Assembly (NCBI RefSeq): GCF_006345805.1
Contig: NC_043003.1
Location: 100,812,001 to 100,876,000 of the forward strand
From: Octopus sinensis
Taxonomy: Eukaryota
Direction of reading: 5' to 3'
Length of the DNA stretch: 64,000 nucleotides
Part shown: one piece after another, positions 24,640-35,149 of the stretch
How positions within the stretch are numbered: position 1 is the stretch's first letter
Layout: the number at the start of each line of letters is the position of its first letter
The notes under the pieces: generated by a model
The model's database searches: none
What the model was told of the DNA's origin: nothing
Seen by the model: only the letters and a program-made list of their open reading frames with translations
Position numbers and translations under genes: made by a program

Positions 24640-27160
24640 CCTATCATGCCCTCAGTACACTGCAGATTTTTCTGGCTAATAAATGTAAATTTATATCTTT
24701 GACTCCTCAGTATATCGCAGGTTTCTGCGGTTGATAGTGATTAATATTTTTTTAGATTTTACTTATTTCTATGCTAAAATAAGCATTTTCATGCCTAAAA
24801 ATTAATAAATTAATAAATAAATATACAGTACAGTACTGCACTGTATAATACATTAATTAAAATATATTAAAAGAAAATACATAGTGTACCATAGATGAGT
24901 AAACAAAGAATCACACATACTGTGTGGAGAACGAAACTCGGGAGGCAAGTGTGTGGTGTTGTTTTGCATTTGTGTGTAAAATTGTGAATTTATTTCAATC
25001 CCTGCGATGTTGCCCAAATGTTCTGCACCTTCTAAGGCTTCTGGCAGTGAACCCGAGCACCAGAGAAAGATGCTTGCTAAAGCAGAGAAGGTGAGACTCC
25101 TCAACATGGAAGGGAGAAGGTATGTGGATGTAGGCCACCATTATGGCATCAAAGAATCTACTGTTTGCTACATTAAGAAGGATGGAAAAAATATATGGGT
25201 GATGGCAAAAGGGATTTTTAACAAGACAGCGAAAAGGATGGTAACTTCCTGCAATAAGGCCATTGTAAAGATGGAGTCTGCATTAGCTCTTTGGCTCAGT
25301 GACTGCAGGAAGAACATTGCTCTGGATACTAACACCATCTGTGAGAAGGCCAGACAGCTGTACAGCAAGTTTACCAATGGCAGGGATGACAACTCAGATG
25401 ACCCTGAAACAGGACCATCTAAGGCATCACCCACCAAACCAACTGAACTTAATGCCAGCAAGGGCTGGTTTGATAAATTGCAAAGGAGGTTCAACCCTAA
25501 AAGTGTGTCCCAGCAAGGAGAAGCTGCCTCTGCTGACAAACCCACAGCTGAGGAGTATGTGAATGAAATGTTTAAGACTATCATTGAGGAAGGGAGATAT
25601 TTGCACGAACAAGTTTTCAATATGGATGAGACTGGTCTCTTTTGGAAATGGATGCCATCACAGACTTTTATTTTGAAGGAGGAGGCTAGAGCCCCTGAAT
25701 TTAAGGCATATAAAAATAGTGTCACAGTTATGTGTGGAATTGCTGTGGGTTTTATGATAAAGCCAGGGTTTATTTATAAGTCCAAAAACTCAAGGGACCT
25801 CAAAAACAGAAATAAGAACTTGCTCCAGTGCATTGGACGCACAACCAGAAGGCATCGATAATGAAACCACTGATATTGGATTGGTTTCACCAGTACTTCA
25901 TCCATGAAGTCAAGGTTTATTTCACTGAAAAGGACTGGAATTGAAAATGCTTCTCCTAATGGACAATGCTGGAGATCACGCGCTCGACTTGTTGTATGAG
26001 GGCATAAAAGTCAAATTCTTACTGCCGATCACTACATTACTGCTCCAGCACATGGATCAAGGCATTATTTGTGCTTTTAAGGTGCTCTATACTTGAAACT
26101 TCCTACAACACTTGATCAAGGCTATGGACTCAGATGATAACTTCTCACTGAAGGAGTACCGGCATGAGTATACCATTGTAACATGTCTCCAAAATATTCA
26201 GAAGGCCAAAAAGGAGATGAAGAATGAAACTTTAAATGCTAGCTGCAAGAAATTGTGGTCAGAAGTGGTCCACGACTATAAAGGATTCTCTCCTGACAAA
26301 TCCTCCACTCTGCAGAAGATAAGGCAGTGAAGATGGCAAAATTGTTAGGAGGAGATCGTTTCACTGATATGACTACCGAAGATGTTAATAATCTGATCAA
26401 GGCCCACTCAAATTCATTAATGAATGAAGATCTGAGAGAGATGAAGAAGTGAGCAAGTGAGAAGGAAGAAGAAGAACAAGAGGATCCAGGGAAAGAAGTC
26501 AGCCTGTCACTAGAATGCCACTCAACTCTAGCAAAAATGGCAGAAGAACTTCAGAGAATGGTAGAAGATTAAGACCTCCTGATGATTCGTGCATTGCAAT
26601 GCAATTGATGGAGCCATGGAAGTTTTTAAAAACTTCCTTGCACAGAAGAAAAGGTAACACAAGCAACTGCCCATCACTATGTTTCTCACCCACAGAAAAA
26701 TGAGAAGACACGGGTACTCCCAAGAGTGTGGGGAGAGTTCATAAAAGCTTAAATATTCTTTTATTCTTCTATTTGTTTCAGTCATTTGAGTCAAATCGAC
26801 TCCAGGACTTATTCTTTGTAAGCCTACAAAGAATAAGTAGGCTTTGTAAGCCTAATTTTATCGGTCTCTTTTGCTGAACCGCTACATTATGGGGACGTAA
26901 ACAGCCAGCATCAGTTGTCAAGCAATGGTGGGAGGACAAACACACATGTATATACAACAAGCTTCTTTCAGTTTCCATCTATCAAATCCACTCACAAGGC
27001 TTTGGTCGGCCTGAGGCAATAGTAGAAGACTATTATAGGTGCCAAATTATGAAAAAAAAATTTCTTAGATAAATAGTACGTTACTGTTTTTACTTTATGG
27101 ATTTTCACCTATTGAAGGGGTTTTTGGAACATAACACCTGCAATAGGCGAGGGATTACTG
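24640..27160 (+). mobile_element. Tigger/pogo DNA transposon, decayed (left end approximate)
   Basis: ORF 25007-25861 has the CENP-B-like HTH (ESTVCYIKK), ASKGWFDKLQRR and VFNMDETGLFWK. Further frames give MDNA.DH and QHMDQGII. The right TIR gcgagggattactg plus TA ends at 27160-27162. Confidence 0.85.
26790..27035 (-). mobile_element. CORE-like SINE inserted in Tigger
   Basis: Reverse complement of the family at 5419-5771. Confidence 0.65.
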
Positions 27161-27599
27161 TACTCACACACAAAGAAAGACTAATGATTCATTCTATCAC
27201 TCAAGCAACGAAAAGGTTAAGAGACTTGATTGACTTTTCTTGATCGATGCCAATCAGATAGTAAGCTAAAGCATACATTTGTGGGAACCATTGAGACTGG
27301 GGAATAACTCCCTGTGTCTAGTCTGCAGATTATTATATGAAGAGGAGGGAACAGAAACTGAGTGATCTATAATGATAGAATCTTGTCTGACTGGATCTGG
27401 AATATTATAAACAGACATTTTTTTAATCCATGATAACTGAAAGATAGAATTTTGAACTTTTCTCTTTAACAATGCTGGTGTTTGTGTCAAAATATCAGAA
27501 CTGCTTAGAAAAAACACAAAACAAAACAATAGGCTGCTATGTCTAAAATACTCCAGGCTGTTATGATATGCCAGGTTATTATGCAATTCCACTACTCTT

Positions 27600-28431
27600 T
27601 CAGGACATATTGAGACAGAAAGGTGAAATTAAATCTATCATTGGACCTAAGTGAATGTCCATGCTGGCTGCATCTGATCTCAAAGCTATTCCCCATAAGT
27701 TCTAGCCACAGTTTTACTTTATATATCAATGGTCAGTTCTGGGTGGTTCTAAAGTTGCAAGCTGGTAGTTGGAATGGGAACGGCTGGGTGTTTCTTAGAT
27801 GTGAGATATCAGAAGCTATCTCAACAATTATAGCTTGGTTTAATGCTGTTCTTGTTAAATAGTTTGCAATATTTATGTGTAAATGAGAAATGAGTGCTTA
27901 TGAGACAGGAAATTTTTAGTTATGTCGTAGGGTGGGTTGAAGCAAATTATTTTTTTTTTCCTGATTGTGTTCTTATGTGGAAGGGTGTTCATTATATACT
28001 GTTTCCTCATTAACTTCACTTCTGGTTAGTGTCATTGTAAGAAAAGTAAAATAATTGAAAATATCTCTGCTGAAAGATATGTTGGATATTCTCCTACATA
28101 TACCATCTACAAATTTCTCAATAAAAGCTGAAGGTCTCTGCAGGCCCATCCACTTGATAATTTCATTTAGGTCTTTGTTATTCCTCCACTTGCATTGGCT
28201 TTTCCCAGTGCCCGACGGCTTCCAGTCATGTGTTCTAAAGTGCAAAGAGTTGCTCCACACTGCTTGCAGGATAAGTTTACTTTGCCCCAGATTTTAAAGT
28301 TATTTGGGGTTGACAAGCAATGAGTCACAGCTAACATCAGGAAGGACAACTTCCCATGGATGGTGTTTGCTCAGGTACCTTTTCTCACTCTATCCAGTGT
28401 CCTTAGCAGGCAAGCCCTATGACTTTTGCAC
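27600..28431 (-). mobile_element. HERO/R2-type REL LINE fragment (zinc-knuckle region)
   Basis: PNNFKIWGKVNLSCKQCGATLCTLEH and KCQWRNNKDLNEI resemble the CCHC knuckle and RH(N/D) motif of REL LINEs. Confidence 0.55.
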
Positions 28432-28566
28432 TGTGATCTTACCCCTTGATCCTTGTATGTATATACATGTAAAAGTCACTGTGTAAAAGTCATAGGGCTT
28501 GTCTGCTAAGGACACTGGACAGAGTGAGAAAAGGCACTTGAGCAAACACTGTCCATGGGAAGTTGT
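28346..28566. repeat. Fold-back inverted duplication, 86-bp arms, 49-nt spacer
   Basis: 28346-28431 pairs with 28481-28566; about 7 mismatches by eye, all transitions. Confidence 0.9.
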
Positions 28567-28609
28567 GTATATAAGTATGTACATACACCCTTTAGTAGAT
28601 ATTGCTTAG

Positions 28610-29300
28610 CATCTATTTTCCCCTATTTGATAAGGCTTAGCAAGCTTTATTGAATAGCAGAAAACAGATGCGACTTGTGTGTAGAGGAACTTTACCAAAT
28701 ATTTACATCAAGGCACATTAATTAATACAAGACATGAACAAGCCCTAAGATGTTTCACAAACACAGTCAGATCTTTAAGAGATATAGAGATAATTCTAGA
28801 GAGCCAACGCTCCAGTAACAATGGAGCTTGATATAACGAATGGAGTAACATAACCTAAACATAAAAATATTTAATAACCATCATTAATAATAAAAAAAAA
28901 CCCACCCTACCCAATGTGTAACACAAATCATGATCAGCCCAACCAAAAAATGAATACAAACAAACATGAACCCTTCAATAGAAGCACTACATTTGAAATC
29001 AAAAACATAACACACACCAGCATTAAAATGAACAAAGAGCCTTACAAAAACAATAATCTTAGCCTTAACCTATTTCAAGACCAAGCCCAAACTTCAGACA
29101 GAAACTGGGGTAAAGTTGAGATCACCAGCACATACCTATAAATAACAGCACCCCAACTAACGAAAATTTACTTCAGTTAGTTCACTTTGAGGATGACCAA
29201 ATGGACAAACCCTGATGAAGCTGTGCCGAAAATATTGCAAGATTGCATTTGCAAAAGTGAGTAGTTACTGCAACAGAAACATGTGCAGGTCATTATAATA
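28610..29300 (+). mobile_element. Penelope-like element 3' end (endonuclease C-terminus plus terminal repeat)
   Basis: N.RCDLCVEE...LINTRHE resembles the C.LC..E...LN.R.E terminus of PLE GIY-YIG domains. A CTGATGA...GAAAC motif follows at 29212-29280. Confidence 0.5.
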
Positions 29301-29420
29301 TGCTATGTATAACTATAAAATAAATTTTGCAGATATACAAGTCTCCATAGTCTTTATAATTAATAATATTAATATATAAATATATCTATAAAATAATATG
29401 TTACAATTACTCAATATTCA

Positions 29421-29483
29421 AGATAAAACTCTGAGTTTCAGATGCCGAAGTGGAAATCCACAACACCATCTCTTCGGTTATCT
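29421..29483 (-). ncRNA. Type I hammerhead-ribozyme-like fold (variant core)
   Basis: Stem I AGAUAA/UUAUCU, core CCGAAGA (U4 changed to C), stem II GAUG/CAUC, one extra U, GAAAC, near-palindromic stem III ACUC-A-GAGU and a GUU triplet. Confidence 0.55.
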
Positions 29484-30549
29484 GGCCATCTCTATATAAA
29501 TATATATAAATATATATATATTTATCACCATTATCCTCCATTATCATCCTCCTTCTATATCAGCTTGGGTTGGACAATTTGAAAGGAACTAGCAAATCAG
29601 AAGACTGTGCCAATTTCTACTGTCTGCCTTGGTATGTATGGTTTCTAAGGCTGGATACCCTTCCTAATTCCAACAACAAGCTGGTTGATTTTTTACATGG
29701 CATAAACATGAATATAAACAAAGTACAGAATATGGGTATGTCTGGCAAACCATGATATTTAAGATGCATGCAGATTGGTCAAAACCATATTCTAAAAATT
29801 CAGCTTGTTGGAGCATTCTAAGAGGTACTAAAGATGTCAAGAACTCAACTGTGAGTTAAACACATTTGAAATCCGATGATTACTCTATGTAGTGCTAATT
29901 TAACTTTATGAGCATTACACAGTATTTTTTAAATGTTAAAATACTATAATAAAAAGGTGAAAACCAGACCATCTTTTAACTTTATTCAACTGATATATTA
30001 TTCTATACACATTCACACAAATTTGAAACAATATAATACACACACACACAAGAATTTTTTTGTGTAATGAGATAAAAAAACCAAGGCTGTGTAGATATTA
30101 GAACATTTATAGATAGGTCTTACAGCTGTTTCCAGGATATTTATTAATTATATCCCTTCATCAGAGACAGTGTGAGAGGATGGTGAAGTAATAGTTTATA
30201 TAAGATACAAAATAGAGAGTGAGGTGGAGGAAAGAAAATAGATGTAAGATATGTAGGGGTATTGAAGTTATAGATCCATTTTTTAAGCAGAATGGTATAT
30301 ATGTAAGATTCCAATACCTTATGAGTAAAATCCAACAGAATTTAAAATGGGTCCTTCCAAATATAGAGTTTATAAACAATGTAAGATTCCAATACCTTAT
30401 GAGATCCAGCAGTATTTAAACTCGGTCATTCCAAGGAATGACACACATGAGTCAAAAATAAGTATTGCATGGGAGATACAAGTAGTTCTAAAGAGTAGAA
30501 TTCCTTTTTTCAAAAGAGGTGGCATTAATGTTGCTCCAACAAGATATAT

Positions 30550-30865
30550 TCCTTTTATCTAGGAGTATGAAAGCAATCATCATTGCTGAATTTACAGGAC
30601 TCTGGGAGGACAGACTTGACATTTCTCACTAAGCAAAGAAAACTAAATATCAGAACTTGATTGATGAGGTCTTGCCACAGGGTGGAACTTAGCCTTATTC
30701 CCCATTGACATCAACTACCACTGTTTTCCAGCAAGAATGGTATGCTACAACCTGTAGAAGATTGGTTTAGAACCCAAACAACTGAAGGAAGACATCAAAA
30801 AATATATATGGAAGGTCAAGGTGGTTGGGATTGACAAGAAATCACAGACGGAACCCATTTGCTGG
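30550..30865 (+). mobile_element. HERO-type LINE 3' end (REL endonuclease)
   Basis: IIAE.T.LWEDRLDISH.AKKTKYQNLIDE...W...FPI resembles HERO ELTVPWE..K..KY..L..GW. Confidence 0.6.
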
Positions 30866-31433
30866 TGAAGTTTAATTTAACTTCTCAACATCTGTAATGA
30901 CTTCTGTTTTCCAAAGTAACAGACTAAGATCTATCTTTGTCAAAGCTCATCCAATGTCTTCACCTTCATCTCTTATCTTACCCAGTTATCTCTCACTTCA
31001 TACACATTAAACAGTTTATGCCGAATTGAAATTGTACAATTTCTTCTATTACTCCAGACTTGGGACCCATCATCATTTACTTGCATAAGAGGTTTTGCAT
31101 GGGTGTTTCAGCTACTCTGATGTCTCTCAATATCAGAGTTCATATAACTGTAGATAGGTGCTATGGAGAGTATAATTTAATCGAGCAGGTAGATGTTGTG
31201 GCTGGTATAATTTAAAGCTGCTGGCAGCTGCTTGGGTGATGGTAAATTTAGTACTACATGTTGCTGCAATATTGCTAAATTGGCAAATAATTCTCTGGTT
31301 TGCTGCACCAAATTCAGGAAATACACAGCCCAGGATTGTATCCATTAACAAAGCTAATGTTTCTGGGAATATGCACTGATCCTACAAATTGTGATTCAAC
31401 AAAGACTTGATCTTGTAAATTTAAATAAATTAC

Positions 31434-31545
31434 CTGTGCATAGAATTCTTCAAAAACCACTTTAACTGTCTCTTTCTGAATATCCCATGGTTTAGCACTG
31501 GCACATAAATCGGCTCCTGTCATTGTTATAGATCGCAGCAGTTTT
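31434..31545 (-). CDS. PDE10A: PDE10A-like exon (R)KLLRSITMTGADLCASAKPWDIQKETVKVVFEEFYAQ
   Basis: Acceptor tattttcag, donor GTAATT, phases 2/0. The metal-binding D lies in MTGADL; AKPW and EF motifs are close to C. elegans PDE-5. Confidence 0.93.
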
Positions 31546-32415
31546 CTGAAAATATACAAATAGATGCATTGCCATTTTTGACCTAGCACTTAAAAATGTT
31601 AAAAATAGTGAAAATAAATATATCTATTTCCTATATTTGGATTTTAACTGTTTTTGATTTGAAAACAATTTTCATTTACTGGCTTGCTGTTATTAAATTA
31701 AAATGCCAAATGTTAAAGTTTTCAGTTTGCTAATATAGTGAGTTAAAGCTGATGTATTGATTAATCTTATTTTCACCCATTAAATGACTCACCCAGTTTC
31801 TATATTTCTAGAATTTAAATTTGTGCTTTTGCAGGAGAACTTGGGACTGTTTCTTTAAAAGTGACACTTGTTCACACATGCATGTGCAGGCACACACACT
31901 GCAATCTTCATATATTGTGTAATCTACATTAATGAAGATCACCTTAAAGTAATCTTTGACCAGGACCACTGTAAAACTGTGTTGGTCAAGGCTGGCTCTC
32001 TTATGAATCACAGGCATCGTCTATCTGACCAGCTTCTCCACCCTTTTCATCAACCTAGTTTTATTCATAGTGCTTTGGATGAAGAGGTGCCATTTTAGAA
32101 GACATTTGTTCAAAGTGCTGCGCCATGAGATTGAACTTGATGCCTCATGACTGTGCAGTGAACTTCTTAACCATTCCACTATGCTTGTACCTAGCTGTTA
32201 AGATGTACTTTTAGAGTCAAGTCAGTCAACCATACTCTCTTTTCCACAAACTTTCTGGTCATGTGCCAATGTTAGAGATCAATATATTACTAAAATGTCA
32301 AATATTTATTCAAAATAACTTGAAGAAAGCATAATATATTGTAATGAAGAAGATAAAATGATTCCCTAACTTTGGCATAGACATCATTTCTGACAACATA
32401 TCCATAGAAACTAAC

Positions 32416-32537
32416 CTGTGTTCCTTATCTTCCCATATGAAAGCTGAATCATCAACTATTTTCCTTAGTTTATCACGGTTACCAAAGAACAGTGCCAAAT
32501 CTGTAGCAAGAATGCATTCCTTCATGATCTTCAGAAT
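32416..32537 (-). CDS. PDE10A: PDE10A-like exon ILKIMKECILATDLALFFGNRDKLRKIVDDSAFIWEDKEH(R)
   Basis: Acceptor ttttttccccag, donor GTTAGT, phases 0/2. ILATDLALFFGN matches PDE10A IIATDLALYFGN. Confidence 0.93.
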
Positions 32538-33172
32538 CTGGGGAAAAAATTGTTTAATTATGACAAAATCTACATATATATTAAAAAATCAGTGCTACTG
32601 TGTACACAGACATGCAACTGACGTATGTCTGTGTGTACCTGTACTTCTGCATGTATGCATGTACGTACTACCCATGCCAGTATGGAAAGCAGACATTAAA
32701 CGATGCGTATGTATATATGCCATAGAATAAAGTGAACAATGTATTAAATCAAATAAGCACTTAATTCACTTACTTTTTCTTCTTCTGTCAACATTGGCAG
32801 TATCTTAAATCATCCCATTTTATGCTAAATTCTTTGCCCAAATTCTCTCATTCCAGAACATTTTTTTTTTTTAGTTCCTTACTCCATTTCAACCATTTCA
32901 TCTAATTCCATCTAATTCTAGACTGAAGTATCACCTCCAGAAATATCTATATATTTGTATTTTCCTTTCAGTAACTGATCCACAATAATTTTAAATTAGT
33001 ATTAAATTCCTTCCTCCCCAGTCATGTTATTATTTCTTTCTGTTGAGAAAAGACTAACAAGGATACCATATTTCCACTTCATACTAATTTATTTCATTGT
33101 TTAATAACTACTCAAATCTTTAGTACTGATAAAAAAAACATTTTCACACTTGTAGCTACATCGTTTGCTATC

Positions 33173-33206
<34 letters not shown>

Positions 33207-33264
33207 TTCATTTATTAGCCACTAGGGCCGACACATAGGGGATGAGTAAACAATAATAATAACC

Positions 33265-33470
33265 CTTTCTACTATAGGCACAAGGCCTGAAATTTGCGGG
33301 GAGAGGACTAATTAATTACATTGGTTCCAGTCTTCAACTGGTACTTATTTTATCGACCCCGAAGGGATGAAAGGCAAAGTCGACCTTGGCAGAATTTAAA
33401 CTCAGAACGTAGCAACAGGTGAAATACCACTAAGCATTTTGTCCAGCATGCTAATAATTCTGCAAGCTCA
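33265..33470 (-). mobile_element. Abundant tRNA-derived SINE (representative copy)
   Basis: Core gaccccRaaRggatgaaaggcaaagtYgacct...ttRaactcagaa. Further minus-strand copies lie near 15630, 33990, 34310, 34920, 37570, 39345, 39600, 40770 and 41060, and a plus-strand copy at 36610. Confidence 0.8.
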
Positions 33471-33477
33471 CCACATG

Positions 33478-33985
33478 CAACACCAGGCACTAGCTCTCAT
33501 GGCTTCTGATCTTAACTGATAGGAAGTGTTATGATGTATATGTTTTCTCTTGGTGTAAAATATTCTGCTCAATACCACAGATTTGCTTATCTGTTGTTTG
33601 ACCATAACTAACTGAGTATATCCCTTGGTGACTGACAATATGTCATGAGCAGAAGTAGTTGGGGAGCCATGTGTTAAGAGGAATTCTTTGGGATTTGAAT
33701 AATTCACCTCCGGAAACATGGGTATTTCGTTCAATATCCTTACACAACCCATATTCAAGGACCTTTTGAGTGGGATGGGCTACTTGACCTGAAGAAAAGT
33801 CTAGCTGGGCCCATGCACTGTTTATCTTGATATGAGATTACCATGTTGCATTCATTTGGTTGTGGTGCATGTACCTAGTGTACCCTTATCAGATGGGTAG
33901 TCACAATGGGTATATTGGGCTTCATATATTTGTACCCCTGTATCACTTTGATGGCATACACTGCTCTCTCACTCAATAATAATAA
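33478..33985 (+). repeat. Unclassified interspersed repeat, about 500 bp, ending ctctctcactc(AAT)n
   Basis: Collinear with 41290-41800; a partial inverted copy lies at 39895-39995. No coding motif recognised. Confidence 0.8.
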
Positions 33986-34201
33986 TAATCCTTTTTATTT
34001 TAGGCACAAGGCCTGAAATTTTGGGGAGGGGGATAGTTGATTACATTGACCCCAGTACTCAACTGGTACTTAACTTATTGACCCCAAAAGGATGAAAGGT
34101 AAAGTTGACCTCAGTGCAATTTGAACTCAGAATATAGCAACAGGGGAAATACCACTAAACATCTCATCCAGCATGCTAACAATTCTGCCAGTTCACCACT
34201 C

Positions 34202-34258
<57 letters not shown>

Positions 34259-34259
34259 C

Positions 34260-34290
<31 letters not shown>

Positions 34291-34469
34291 TAATAATAAT
34301 GGATTTCAAATTTTGGTACTAGGCCAGTAATTTTAGTGGGATGGGACTAGTCAGTTACTACTACCCCATTACTTTCCTTGACCACAAAAAGGTGAAAGCA
34401 AAATTGACCTTGGTGGAATTTGATCTCAGAATGTAAAGAGCTGAAAAAAATGCTACTAATTCTGCTAGC

Positions 34470-34915
34470 TCAAGGTGTTAGAGCACCAAAGACTGGATAT
34501 AGTAGCCTTTAAAAGGGACAAGCAAGAGTGCCTAACAATTGACATGACAGTTCCAAGAGATCAACATATTGTCATGAAAGAAAGTGAAAAGGTCAATAAA
34601 TATGGAGATCTGAGAATTGAGATTGCCAAGAGGTGGCAGTAGCGAGAGTTAAACATAAAGGTTGTTTCTGCTGTCATTGAATCATTAAGTTCGATACCAC
34701 TCAACCTGAAGAAGCATCTGGATACTTTAGAAATACCCAACAATTTTGATGTATTGCAAAAGTCAGCTTTACTTAGAACTGCACACACACTGCATAAAGT
34801 GCTATCTGTGTGAGGTCCTTGTTGTGACAGACATAAATCCCCAATACATACAATATCTTCAATCTACAATATCATAATATTGGATATTGTGCAACAACTT
34901 TATTATTAAAGATAA
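34470..34915 (+). mobile_element. R4/Dong-like LINE 3' end
   Basis: VLEHQRLDIVAFKRDKQECLTIDMTVPRD..EKVNKYGDLRIEI..LQKSALLRTAH. Confidence 0.75.
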
Positions 34916-35149
34916 TAATCCTTTCTACTATATGTACAAGACCTGAATTTTTATTGGGGGGGGGGGCATAGTCAATTACATTAAGCCCAGTGCGTTACTG
35001 GTGCTTAGTTTATTGACTCTCAAAAGGATGAAAGGCAAAGTTGACCTCAGTGGAATTTGAACTCAGAATGTAAAGATGGACAATAAGCATTTTATCTGGT
35101 ATTCCAACAATTCTGCCAGCTCACCGCCTTAATAATAATTTGTTAATAA

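Noticed and set aside
25168-25725. 185-aa minus-strand ORF
   Set aside because: It is the antisense shadow of the Tigger transposase. The same applies to 56347-56598 and 57842-58393 over the Gypsy and Penelope remnants.
30302-30403. Two 24-bp direct repeats (tgtaagattccaataccttatgag) 78 bp apart, superficially CRISPR-like
   Set aside because: There are only two copies, no cas genes and a eukaryotic context. It is a simple local duplication.
31133-31384. Open frame just below exon 31434 containing IFPETLALL, resembling PDE LLPET
   Set aside because: It would leave only a roughly 50-nt intron and is out of domain order. The true segment is encoded at 18080-18168.
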